A stretch of 64,000 nt of DNA from an uncultured Pirellulaceae bacterium (GTDB taxonomy: Bacteria > Planctomycetota > Planctomycetia > Pirellulales > Pirellulaceae). The position numbers and the translations under genes are program-made. Below the pieces are notes generated by a model. That model made no database searches. It saw only the letters and a list, made by a program, of their open reading frames with translations, and was not told the origin of the DNA. The stretch covers positions 361,627 through 425,626 of the forward strand of contig CAZWSX010000003.1 of the NCBI GenBank assembly GCA_964636985.1, read 5' to 3'. Of the stretch, positions 46,078-55,223 are shown in pieces. The first letter of the stretch is position 1, and each line of letters starts with the position of its first letter.

Positions 46078-47418
46078 GTGAAGTCGTCGCTGCCACGTTG
46101 TGCCAAGTTGAGCCTTTTTGGGGACGCGTCGTTGGAATCTCTGTATTGCCGTTATTGCGGCGCTCGTCTCGACCGCAACTCCCGCGATTGCCCCCAGTGC
46201 GGGCGTCATGCCGACCATCCCGCCCATCACCCCGACGCCCATCATCCTGATGCCCAACGCGCTGAATCGATCGACCCCCACATGGAGGCCTTTCGCTGGC
46301 GGATCCATCAAGCGACGCCGCGCATTTGGATGACTTACGTTCTGATGGGCTTGGTGTGCGTCGGCTACGTTTGGCAGATTATTGTCACGCGCTCTTTGCT
46401 GTCGTTCGATGTTCCCGGGCTGATCGCGGCCGGCGCGAACGACGGCTCTAGGACTTTGAACGGCGAGTGGTGGCGATTGCTCTCGTGCGTGTTCTTGCAC
46501 GGGTCGTTGATCCACTTTGCCATGAACATGTATTGCTTCTACAGCCTGGGGCCGCTGGTAGAACGGTTGCTCGGCAACTGGAGCATGGGCGTTCTTTTCA
46601 TCGTGTCGGGGCTCTGCGGGTCGATTGCAAGCGTTAACTGGAATCCAGACGCCGTCTCCATCGGCGCTTCGGGGGCGGTCTTCGGCGTCGCCGGCGCGCT
46701 GTTGGGTTACTTGCTGCATCAACGCCGCAACATTCCATCCGCTCTCTTTTCCGAGTTGGCCAATGGCGCAACCACGTTCGTCGTGCTGAACATCGTCTTG
46801 GCGGCGTCGATCAAGCATGTCGACCAGGCTGCCCACATCGGCGGCCTGGTGGGTGGATTTATCGTGGGGCTGATTCAAGCGTCGGATTCCTCGCCGACGG
46901 CCGTGGCGTGGCGGCCTCTCCGTAATGCACTGGCGGCACTCGTGGGGGTGATTGCCGTGGCGACCGTGACTCAGTTCCATCGCGCGCCGGGAAGGGTCAT
47001 GCCAGTTGCTGTCAAAGCAACTATCAACGCGGAATTCTTGGCTCTCCAGCAACAGGCGGCTGAAATCGAAAAAACGGCTCGCACTATCACATCGCAAGCA
47101 GAGCCGGATGCGGCTAACGAATCGAACCTGGAGCGCATGGAACGAGACGTCTTGAAGCCGTGGCAAAACGTTCGAACGAAACTCGAGACGATTCGGGGCG
47201 TTTCCAACGGATTTCATACCGCTCTTGCCGGCCTGGCCGACCACTATGCCAAGCGGGAAGCAAGCTGGCGGTTGTTTGTCGAGTATTTGAAAACGCACGA
47301 CGAGAAGAAGCTGGCGCAGTTCGACGTCGCGAACGAAGCGGTCAATCGAGAGTCTGCAGAAATCTTCGGGCCGGCCGATGACGAGCCTTCCGCAGAAGAT
47401 GCTCCCAAAGAACCGTAG
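46078..47418 (+). CDS. rhomboid-family intramembrane serine protease with N-terminal zinc ribbon and C-terminal soluble extension
   Basis: CAKL...CRYCG...CPQCG zinc ribbon. Rhomboid motifs GASGAVFGVAGALLGY (catalytic Ser) and AHIGGLVGGFIVGL (catalytic His). ~130-aa helical C-terminal tail. Confidence 0.8.
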   Translation: MKSSLPRCAKLSLFGDASLESLYCRYCGARLDRNSRDCPQCGRHADHPAHHPDAHHPDAQRAESIDPHMEAFRWRIHQATPRIWMTYVLMGLVCVGYVWQIIVTRSLLSFDVPGLIAAGANDGSRTLNGEWWRLLSCVFLHGSLIHFAMNMYCFYSLGPLVERLLGNWSMGVLFIVSGLCGSIASVNWNPDAVSIGASGAVFGVAGALLGYLLHQRRNIPSALFSELANGATTFVVLNIVLAASIKHVDQAAHIGGLVGGFIVGLIQASDSSPTAVAWRPLRNALAALVGVIAVATVTQFHRAPGRVMPVAVKATINAEFLALQQQAAEIEKTARTITSQAEPDAANESNLERMERDVLKPWQNVRTKLETIRGVSNGFHTALAGLADHYAKREASWRLFVEYLKTHDEKKLAQFDVANEAVNRESAEIFGPADDEPSAEDAPKEP

Positions 47419-47457
47419 CGGATTGCGAGAACACCTTTTCAGAAGTCACTCGTCGTT

Positions 47458-48075
47458 ATGGATGAACCTATGACGAACCACAACGCGAGTGACGGAACCG
47501 GCTCGGTCACCTACTTCTTTGGGCAATTGCAGGCCGGCGATCCTCATGCCGCCGAGCAGATTTGGATCCGCTTCTTTCCGCGATTGGCATCGCTGGCCCG
47601 CAAGTCGCTGGCCGGGAGGCCACAGCAAATGGCCGATGCCGACGATGCGGCGCAGAGCGCCTTTGCCTCGTTTTGCCAACGCGTGCGGGGCGGGGAGTTT
47701 TCGATCGCCGACCGCGATGATCTGTGGAACTTGCTCGGTCTGATCACCAAGCGAAAGGCCCGCGCTCAGGTGCGCAGGGAACTGGCCGAGAAACGGGGCG
47801 GTGGAAAGGTGATGGGGGAAGGGGCGCTCACTAAGCCCGACGGATCGCCACTGCCGCTCGATGAAGCAGCTGGCGAGTTGGCACCGCCCGAATTCGATGC
47901 TCACGTCGAGGAGCTGCTCGATCAGCTTGAGCCCGCCGTGCGCGAGATTGCCGTGCTGCGGCTTTTGGGTTATCGCAATCGCGAGATCGCGGAGCGGCTC
48001 GACTGCACCGAACGGAAAGTCGAGCGGAAGCTGCAACTGATTCGCCTGGCGTGGGAAGCAGCTTGGCCGCAGTAG
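47458..48075 (+). CDS. ECF-type sigma factor (planctomycete Sigma70_ECF subfamily)
   Basis: 205 aa; AQSAFASFCQRVRGGEF...LWNLLGLITKRKA region 2-like and a C-terminal helix-turn-helix (IAVLRLLGYRNREIAERLDCTERKVERKLQLIR). Confidence 0.7.
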   Translation: MDEPMTNHNASDGTGSVTYFFGQLQAGDPHAAEQIWIRFFPRLASLARKSLAGRPQQMADADDAAQSAFASFCQRVRGGEFSIADRDDLWNLLGLITKRKARAQVRRELAEKRGGGKVMGEGALTKPDGSPLPLDEAAGELAPPEFDAHVEELLDQLEPAVREIAVLRLLGYRNREIAERLDCTERKVERKLQLIRLAWEAAWPQ

Positions 48076-48214
48076 GACCGTTCTCTCACGCTTGGCAAGG
48101 CAGGGATTTTAAAACACAGAGGGAGAGTAGTTCGCGTTGTGGACTGAGCATCTATCCATGATGAAAGATGCTCTCTTTGTAGATCCATATTTGCTTGCCA
48201 AAATCACGCCCTGC

Positions 48215-48236
48215 GCACAGACAGGATTGTCTGTGC
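48215..48236. repeat. AGGATT-loop palindromic element, copy 3 (with T-run, terminator-like)
   Basis: GCACAGAC-AGGATT-GTCTGTGC followed by CACTTTTT, between the convergent sigma-factor and HEAT-repeat genes. Confidence 0.7.
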
Positions 48237-48245
48237 CACTTTTTG

Positions 48246-49379
48246 TCAATTGACTTGCACTGCGATAATCTTTTCGCCCTTGAATTGCGGCTTCACTTTG
48301 GCGCCGGTTCGGAGTGCGTTCATTATCGCGCGACCGTCGCGGATGGGCTTGGCGTCGGCATCGAAGACGACGGTTCGGTCGGACGTCGGTCGAATGGTTG
48401 CTTCGCGATCGCCGTTTTTGAGCGAGATCGTCCCGGCTTTGTTGACGGCGACGACTTCCCAGGTTTCTCCTTCGCCGGGGGCTTCGACGGCTGCGGCTTG
48501 CTCGATCGCGTCGATGGCTTGTTTCACGTAGCCTCGAATTTGCTCGCTCGGATGATTGCGAAGCCTTCGCAAGTCGGGCAAGACATTTTTTGCGGCTGCG
48601 CCTAGTTCTACCAGAGACTTGATCGCACCCCTCTCGTCGCGATTGTTCTTGGCTTGATTCTGAATCATCACCATGCACCCGGCAGCGACCTTGGCTGGAT
48701 CGGCGCGGCCATCGAGCGCTCGCTTGGTGAGGATGGGCAACGCTCCATAACGGTTCGTGCCTCCTTGCAGGGCGGCGAACAACGCGCTGTTGATTTCGTC
48801 GTCCTTGAGATTCCGCTCAGCGATGAGGCGGACGGCGGTGACTCGGCAGTGGCTGCCTAGCAGGACCTTATCCAAGTCTCCCCTGGCGGCGAGCATGATC
48901 AGGCGGCTCACTTCGGCATCGCTGGGGCCAGTCGCGTGGAGCGCCTCTAGCAGCGCTGCTTGTTTGTAGTTGTTGGTAGGTTCGCTCCAAAGCCTCTTGA
49001 GCACGGGCAGTGCTGCTTGGCCTTGCTCGGCTTGCTCAGCGATGGCAACCGCAGCTCCAAGCCGTGCCTGCCCACGCTTATCGCCATTGAGCAGGATCGT
49101 CAGGACGTGCGGGTGAACCTCAGGGGCGACTTTTTCCAAGGCGTCCGACGCCGCCTGCCAGACATCGCTGGCCTGCTTTTCCGTGACCAGGAGTTCGCAA
49201 AGGGCATTGCCGGCCGGTAGGCCTCGCTTTTCCATCGCTGCAATTTCTTCGCAGGCGGCGATTTTGGTTACGGGATTGTGACCGGAAAGCTGCTTGATCA
49301 GGCCGTCTAGATCGGCAGCCACAGCCACTGCTGGCCAAAACGCAATGACGGCGATAACGAGCAAACGAACAGGGTTCAT
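48246..49379 (-). CDS. secreted HEAT/armadillo-like repeat protein
   Basis: Signal peptide MNPVRLLVIAVIAFWPAVAVA. Repeated helical pairs with conserved small residues (for example ...DVWQAASDALEKVAPEVHPHVLTILLNGDKRGQARLGAAVAIAEQAE...). Confidence 0.55.
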   Translation of the reverse strand: MNPVRLLVIAVIAFWPAVAVAADLDGLIKQLSGHNPVTKIAACEEIAAMEKRGLPAGNALCELLVTEKQASDVWQAASDALEKVAPEVHPHVLTILLNGDKRGQARLGAAVAIAEQAEQGQAALPVLKRLWSEPTNNYKQAALLEALHATGPSDAEVSRLIMLAARGDLDKVLLGSHCRVTAVRLIAERNLKDDEINSALFAALQGGTNRYGALPILTKRALDGRADPAKVAAGCMVMIQNQAKNNRDERGAIKSLVELGAAAKNVLPDLRRLRNHPSEQIRGYVKQAIDAIEQAAAVEAPGEGETWEVVAVNKAGTISLKNGDREATIRPTSDRTVVFDADAKPIRDGRAIMNALRTGAKVKPQFKGEKIIAVQVN

Positions 49380-49642
49380 GGCGATCGACTCCCAGGGGGG
49401 GTTACCAGGCGATCAAACGTCGCCGACTGGCTTGTTCATGGCCGGCAAACCCTGGTTCCCGACAGTCAATCCGCCAAAATCCTGAGAAATTTAGACTCCG
49501 ATTTTTTTCGATTTTCGTGTCGGGCACCGCCATCAGCCGGCCATGAACGGTCTGACACCGCGTGGCACTTTGCCCAGGAAAGCATTCATTAAAAGTTGCC
49601 TGCTGCGCAGAATAGTAGCAGTCGCGTTCTGCCCTAGCTGAA

Positions 49643-52600
49643 TTGGTTCCCGCCATGACCGACGCCGAAGCCGCACTCCTGCGAGCGCGCCGCATTGACC
49701 AGGCCTGCGATCAGTTCGAGTCCGCGTTCAAAGCGGGCGAGTCGCCTGACGTGGACGAAGTCGTCGCGCAAGCCCCCGCCGAAGACCAAGAGTCTCTGCG
49801 TGCGGCTTTGAAAGGCATCGAACAGGAGCTGCGCCAGCGGAGCATCGCCGATACCTCAGTGACGCGCAGCAGCCTGGCTTCGCCTGCGCCTTTGAACCCC
49901 GATGCGACGGCGCTGCATAAGTCCCAGAGCGCTCCCCTGCCAAAGCGAATCGGCAGGTTCGAAATCGTTGGCGTCTTGGGAGCGGGTGCGTTTGGCCGCG
50001 TCTACCGGGCCCGCGACCCGCAGTTGGGGCGCGAAGTCGCGATCAAGATGCCTTTGACGACGGCGATGTCGGCGGGAGAGAAGGAACGATTCCTGCGCGA
50101 AGCGAAGTCGGCCGCGACCATCAATCATCCGAACGTCTGCCAGATCTTCGAAAGCGGGGAACACGAAGGCCGGCCGTATATCGTGATGGCGATTGTCCCC
50201 GGACATTCGCTAGCTGATGTGTTGAAGCAACGCAAAGAGCCGTTGCCTGGCAAACAAGTGGCGCAGGTCGTGCGCAAGATCGCGCTGGCACTCGCCGCCG
50301 CGCACGATCGGGGGATCGTCCATCGCGATTTGAAGCCAGGCAACGTGATGTTCGATCGGGAGCGGAAGGACGTCGTTGTGATGGACTTCGGGCTCGCTCG
50401 CGGGCCGCAGATGGGCGATGCGCGGGCCACGCAGTCGGGCGTGATCATGGGGACGCCGGCTTACATGTCACCGGAGCAGGCGCGGGGAGACTCGAAGGAG
50501 GTTGGGCCGGTCGGGGACATCTACGCGCTGGGCGTGATCTTGTATGAGTTGCTCACCGGCACGCGACCGTTCTCCGGCACGGCCACGGAGGTCATCGGGC
50601 AAATCTTGCATGTCGAGCCCGAGGCGCCGTCCAAAAGACATAGCAGCGTCGATCCCGCACTGGAAGCGATCTGCCTGAAGGCGATGGCCAAAGCCCCGCC
50701 GCAGCGATACGGCTCGATGAAGGAACTCGCGAAGGCTCTCGACGCGCTAGCGCGGCCAGGCAGCGCGCCGACGTCGCCATCGGGAGATACCGCCCGCGCG
50801 AGCGATACCAAGGACGAAGCGGAAAAATCGAGCGGACCTCAGCTGACGGAAGTCTTCGCCGCGCTGTCGGCCGACCGCAAGGCGCATCACGCGGTCGTCG
50901 AAGCCGCCATCAAGGGATCGCGAACACCGCCGTGGGTTTGGGCAGCAATCGTACTTACGATGCTGGGCGGCTTCATCGCCTTAGGTGGAATTGTCTTTTT
51001 CAATCAGAGCCATGGCGTACGGGTCACGATTCAAATCGACGGTGTCGATCTTAAGGACCCAACCCAGAGTTTCTTATTGGATAAGAGGCCGATTACCGCG
51101 AGAGAATTGGAAGGCGAAATCGAGCTTTCGATCGGCGAGCACGAATTGGTCGTCAAGCAAGGCGACATCATCATCAAGAAGATGAAGATAGTCGTGAAAG
51201 GGAAACAGGATCGTGTCATCAAAGTGAAGGATATCACGCTGGAAACCCAGGTTGCGCCGGTTGCTCTCGATCATCGGGCGTTGGCCGAGTGGACGCTGAG
51301 TGTCGGTGGCCAGGTTCGCGTCGCTCCCCCGGGATCGTTGCCTACCACCTGGAACGAGTACGGTGCCTTACCGTTGTTGTCCAAGGGGGCCACGCTTCCT
51401 GACGGAGACTTCAAGATGGTGGGGCTGGGTCTCAACAACGCCTTCGCGAGCGACGCGGAACTGGAAAGGTTTCGCAGAATCGATTCGCTGTTTCTGCTGT
51501 GGCTCAGCTCGTCTCCAACCACCGTCAAAGGACTGAGCAACTTCGCCGCCTGCAAGAACCTAGGCGATTGCATGCTCTTGGACACTCAAAATCTCGGCGA
51601 CGACGCCGTGCCGATTTTGACGAAGTTCAAAAACCTCGAAAAGTTGCAAATCGACTCCAAACTGCTGACCGATGACGGTCTGGCCGAACTTGCATCGCTC
51701 ACGAAGCTGCAATGGCTCGCCTGTGGACCGGAGATCACCGGCAAGGGGCTCTCCGCACTTCAATCCTTACCGGCGCTACGGACACTCGACATCAAGGGGC
51801 AAGGACCGACTGACGCCGGCATGGCAATCCTGGCGAACTTTCGCGGAATTGAATGGCTTTCGATCCAACGGGCGGATGGACTCAGCGACACGACGCTCGC
51901 GACGATTGGCAAACTTCCACAACTAACGACGTTGGAAATCGGCTCGAAGCGCTACACCAACGACGGCGTTGCGCACCTGGGGAAATTGACGCGGCTCACG
52001 CTACTCCGGCTGATGCATAGCCCGTCCGTCACGGACGAAGGGATCAAGCACCTCAGCCCACTGTGGCGGCTGACGCACCTCGATTTGGGAGGCTGTGAAG
52101 TTTCGGGGACCTGCTTGAAAGAGCTTCACACCATGCCGGAGCTTCATGCTCTCCATCTCCATAGCTGTCCGATTACGAACGAGGCGATTGCAGACATTCC
52201 ACGCCACGACAAATTGTTAGAGCTCGGCCTGGCGAACTCGCGCGTCACCGAGGCAGCCGTGGAACAACTTGAGAAGTTCAAAGCCCTTCGACAATTGAAC
52301 GTAGAGGGGACGACGATCAGCAACGACGGATTGCTACGGCTGAAGAAGGCGTTGCCCCAGTGCCACATCTTGCCTGAGCCCAAAGACGATCGGCAGGCCG
52401 CCGAGTATGCGCTGGGCTTGAAGACCAATTCGATCAACGTCAACGGAAATCCTCGACCTGTGGCAACAAAAGCGAATCTCCCAGCCGGTGTGATTCGGAT
52501 CACGACACTTAATCTTGACGGCAAGAAGGGACTCACCAACAACGACTTCGAGATGTTCAAGGATTGCACCGAAATACGGCACTTACTGCTCGATCGCACG

Positions 52601-53170
52601 GGGATCAACGACGTCGGCTTTGGATACTTTCGCAAGAACACCAAGCTGGAGGACCTTAATCTGATTTCCGCGCGGGTGACAAATGCGGGGTTCGAACAGC
52701 TGAAGGACTGCCCCAACCTGAAGGCGTTGTGGGCCATGGGAACAGCAATCGGCGACGAGGGGGTTGCCCATTTGGCCAACTGCAAAAAGCTGGAACTGCT
52801 CGACTTATCTGACACTAGGGTTACGCGAGCGGGAATGGTCCATTTTCGCGACTGCCATCAACTGCACACGCTGGGATTATCGTGGACGAGGGTCGACGAT
52901 GCAGGCCTACGTTACTTCGACCGCTGCGCGAAGCTCCGCGTCGTCAATCTAACCAATACGCCTGTGGGGGATTTCGGCGTCGCCACCTTTAATGGCTGCC
53001 ATCAAATGACCAACATGAATCTGGACGGAACCAAAGTCACCGATGATGTCTTCAAAACTTTGCGAACGATGCCAAACCTGAAGTCGGTGAATCTCAAGAG
53101 AACCAACGTCAGCCAGGCAGCGATCGACAGTTTTAAAGCTGAGAAGCCGGGTTGCAAGGTCGAGAGATAA
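49643..53170 (+). CDS. membrane-spanning Ser/Thr protein kinase with large C-terminal leucine-rich-repeat ectodomain
   Basis: Hanks kinase motifs GAGAFGRVYRA, VAIK, HRDLKPGNVM, DFGLAR, GTPAYMSPEQ. One TM helix (WVWAAIVLTMLGGFIALGGIVFF), then ~700 aa of L..L.L..T.VTD-type LRRs. Confidence 0.85.
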   Translation: MVPAMTDAEAALLRARRIDQACDQFESAFKAGESPDVDEVVAQAPAEDQESLRAALKGIEQELRQRSIADTSVTRSSLASPAPLNPDATALHKSQSAPLPKRIGRFEIVGVLGAGAFGRVYRARDPQLGREVAIKMPLTTAMSAGEKERFLREAKSAATINHPNVCQIFESGEHEGRPYIVMAIVPGHSLADVLKQRKEPLPGKQVAQVVRKIALALAAAHDRGIVHRDLKPGNVMFDRERKDVVVMDFGLARGPQMGDARATQSGVIMGTPAYMSPEQARGDSKEVGPVGDIYALGVILYELLTGTRPFSGTATEVIGQILHVEPEAPSKRHSSVDPALEAICLKAMAKAPPQRYGSMKELAKALDALARPGSAPTSPSGDTARASDTKDEAEKSSGPQLTEVFAALSADRKAHHAVVEAAIKGSRTPPWVWAAIVLTMLGGFIALGGIVFFNQSHGVRVTIQIDGVDLKDPTQSFLLDKRPITARELEGEIELSIGEHELVVKQGDIIIKKMKIVVKGKQDRVIKVKDITLETQVAPVALDHRALAEWTLSVGGQVRVAPPGSLPTTWNEYGALPLLSKGATLPDGDFKMVGLGLNNAFASDAELERFRRIDSLFLLWLSSSPTTVKGLSNFAACKNLGDCMLLDTQNLGDDAVPILTKFKNLEKLQIDSKLLTDDGLAELASLTKLQWLACGPEITGKGLSALQSLPALRTLDIKGQGPTDAGMAILANFRGIEWLSIQRADGLSDTTLATIGKLPQLTTLEIGSKRYTNDGVAHLGKLTRLTLLRLMHSPSVTDEGIKHLSPLWRLTHLDLGGCEVSGTCLKELHTMPELHALHLHSCPITNEAIADIPRHDKLLELGLANSRVTEAAVEQLEKFKALRQLNVEGTTISNDGLLRLKKALPQCHILPEPKDDRQAAEYALGLKTNSINVNGNPRPVATKANLPAGVIRITTLNLDGKKGLTNNDFEMFKDCTEIRHLLLDRTGINDVGFGYFRKNTKLEDLNLISARVTNAGFEQLKDCPNLKALWAMGTAIGDEGVAHLANCKKLELLDLSDTRVTRAGMVHFRDCHQLHTLGLSWTRVDDAGLRYFDRCAKLRVVNLTNTPVGDFGVATFNGCHQMTNMNLDGTKVTDDVFKTLRTMPNLKSVNLKRTNVSQAAIDSFKAEKPGCKVER

Positions 53171-53178
53171 AACGGCGA

Positions 53179-55188
53179 CTAAACTGCCGCCGCGGTGAAC
53201 TGCTTCACCAGTTCCGCGTAGCCGCCGCTGGCTTGCATTAGTTCGTCGTGCGTGCCGCGTTCGACGATGTGGCCGTTCTCAAGAACCAGTACCAGGTCGG
53301 CGTTGCGGATGGTGCTGAGGCGGTGGGCGACGATGAAGCTGGTTCGCCCGGCCAGGAGTTTGGCGAGCGCGTTTTGCAGGCGCAGTTCGGTGAGCGTGTC
53401 GATGCTGCTGGTGGCTTCGTCGAGAATTACGATTCGTGGATTGACGATCATCGCTCGCACGAAGCAGACGAGTTGCCGTTGCCCCAACGAAAGCTGCGCG
53501 CCCCGTTCGCCGACTTGCGTTTCCAGTCCGTCGGGCAAGGCCTCGAGCAGGTCGAGGCAATCGAGCTGCAGAGCCGCCGCGCGGATTTCTTCATCGGTTG
53601 CGTCTGGTTTGCCGAGGCGAATGTTGTCGGCAATGGAACCGGTAAACAGAAAGTTGTTTTGCAGCACCAGGCCCATCTGGTGGTGGAGCGAATCGGCGGT
53701 GATTCCTCGAAGATCGTGGCCATCGATGGAGACGGTTCCGGAGCTGGCTAGATAGAACCGCGAAATCAGGTTGATGATCGATGATTTGCCGCTGCCGGTT
53801 CGGCCGACCAGTGCGACGCTTTGGCCTGGCTGGGCGGTGAACGAAATATCGTGCAGCACCGTGCGATCGGGAACATAGGCGAACGAGACGTGGTCGAATG
53901 CGACGCGCCCCACAATCAGTGGCAGCAGTTGAGCGTCGGGAGCGTCTTGCCACTCGGGCTTGGTATCAAGGAACTTGAAGACCCGCTCGGCACCCGCCAT
54001 GGCGGTGAGCGATTGGTTGTACATGTTGCCGATGTGCTGGATCGGGCTGAAGAAGCTACTGGCCAGAAAGAAGAAGTAGATCAGTCTGCCCGCATCGATA
54101 TCGGTAGTGGAACTGAGAACTCGCCAGCCACCCACTAGCAGGAGCGCGACCAAAAAGGATTGGCTGCTGAACTCTAACAGCGGCATGAGCAGGCCTTCGA
54201 CCCGCACCGCTTTGTAGACGTTATTACCATGCTCGGTCATCTGGTCGACAAAGAGTTCGGAGTTCACATCTTCGCGCACGTAGCCTTGAATCACCCGGAT
54301 GCCGTTGATCGATTCGGCCAAGGTCGCTGTCACGCCGCTGAAGCTCTCTTGAATTCGCCGGTGCGCGCGGGAAAGCCTTGCACGGAAGAGCTGATTGAGC
54401 GCATAAATCACAGGACTGATGCCCGCGATCACCAGGAACAAGACCCAGTCGCAGTAGGCCATCATCAGTGCCGAGACGACCATCTGGCCAAGACCGACGA
54501 GCCCGACGAATAGAACATCCTGCACCCCGACGCGGAGCGCTTCGGCATCGCTGGTGAAGCGGCTGATGATTCGGCCGATCTTGTTCTTGTTGAAGAAGCC
54601 CATCGGCATCGATTGCAAGTGCCTGAAGATCTGTTGCCGCAGATCGTGAATGACGGCTTCGCCGAGTTCGAGCGCGAGCCGCTGTCGGAAGTGGAACGTG
54701 AACTGCGTGAACAAGGCGATGCCCGCGACGCCGGCTGCGCCGAGCAGGATTTGTTGAAACTGCGACTGGCGAACGAGAGGCCACTCGATGATGGCGCCGA
54801 TGGACTGTGCAACTTGTTCCAGGCCGATCGATTGAAAGTAGACTCGCATCCCCAGCAAGCTGTGGTAGAGCAGCGAGGGGTTCTTGATCGGGCCATTGAT
54901 CACCGCGGCGATCGACCACGCAATCAAGGGGAGCTGTATGGCCCGCAAGACGACGCACAGCCCCAGCCAATTCCGTTTCGCCGCATAAGGGGCCGTGTAG
55001 GCAAACAGCCGGCGAATGAGACTCCATTCGAGCGGACGGCGCTCGGTCTCGTGGTCGTCGTGCTTCCGAACGGTGAGCCGAACCTGTCGTTTACGCACGG
55101 CTCGTGTCGCGCCGGCTTCGCCGCGATCGCGAGTATCGTGTGGGACTGGCTTGGCTTCGGCAATCATTTTCGTCGACATGGTCACCAT
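53179..55188 (-). CDS. ABC exporter, fused permease/ATPase (type I, MsbA-like), partner 1
   Basis: Six-helix TMD, then Walker A GRTGSGKSS, signature LSLGQRQL, Walker B IVILDEATS. Confidence 0.85.
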   Translation of the reverse strand: MVTMSTKMIAEAKPVPHDTRDRGEAGATRAVRKRQVRLTVRKHDDHETERRPLEWSLIRRLFAYTAPYAAKRNWLGLCVVLRAIQLPLIAWSIAAVINGPIKNPSLLYHSLLGMRVYFQSIGLEQVAQSIGAIIEWPLVRQSQFQQILLGAAGVAGIALFTQFTFHFRQRLALELGEAVIHDLRQQIFRHLQSMPMGFFNKNKIGRIISRFTSDAEALRVGVQDVLFVGLVGLGQMVVSALMMAYCDWVLFLVIAGISPVIYALNQLFRARLSRAHRRIQESFSGVTATLAESINGIRVIQGYVREDVNSELFVDQMTEHGNNVYKAVRVEGLLMPLLEFSSQSFLVALLLVGGWRVLSSTTDIDAGRLIYFFFLASSFFSPIQHIGNMYNQSLTAMAGAERVFKFLDTKPEWQDAPDAQLLPLIVGRVAFDHVSFAYVPDRTVLHDISFTAQPGQSVALVGRTGSGKSSIINLISRFYLASSGTVSIDGHDLRGITADSLHHQMGLVLQNNFLFTGSIADNIRLGKPDATDEEIRAAALQLDCLDLLEALPDGLETQVGERGAQLSLGQRQLVCFVRAMIVNPRIVILDEATSSIDTLTELRLQNALAKLLAGRTSFIVAHRLSTIRNADLVLVLENGHIVERGTHDELMQASGGYAELVKQFTAAAV

Positions 55189-55199
55189 CGACGGACAGG

Positions 55200-55219
55200 A
55201 TTGTCCGTCCTACCCGAAA
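55200..55219. repeat. AGGATT-loop palindromic element, copy 2
   Basis: GACGGAC-AGGATT-GTCCGTC followed by CTAC, in the 35-nt spacer between the two ABC exporter genes. Confidence 0.7.
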
Positions 55220-55223
55220 CTGT

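Noticed and set aside
45785-46081. 98-aa ORF in the carA-rhomboid intergenic region
   Set aside because: Arg/Pro-rich composition with no motif and no RBS; more likely a promoter region for two divergent genes
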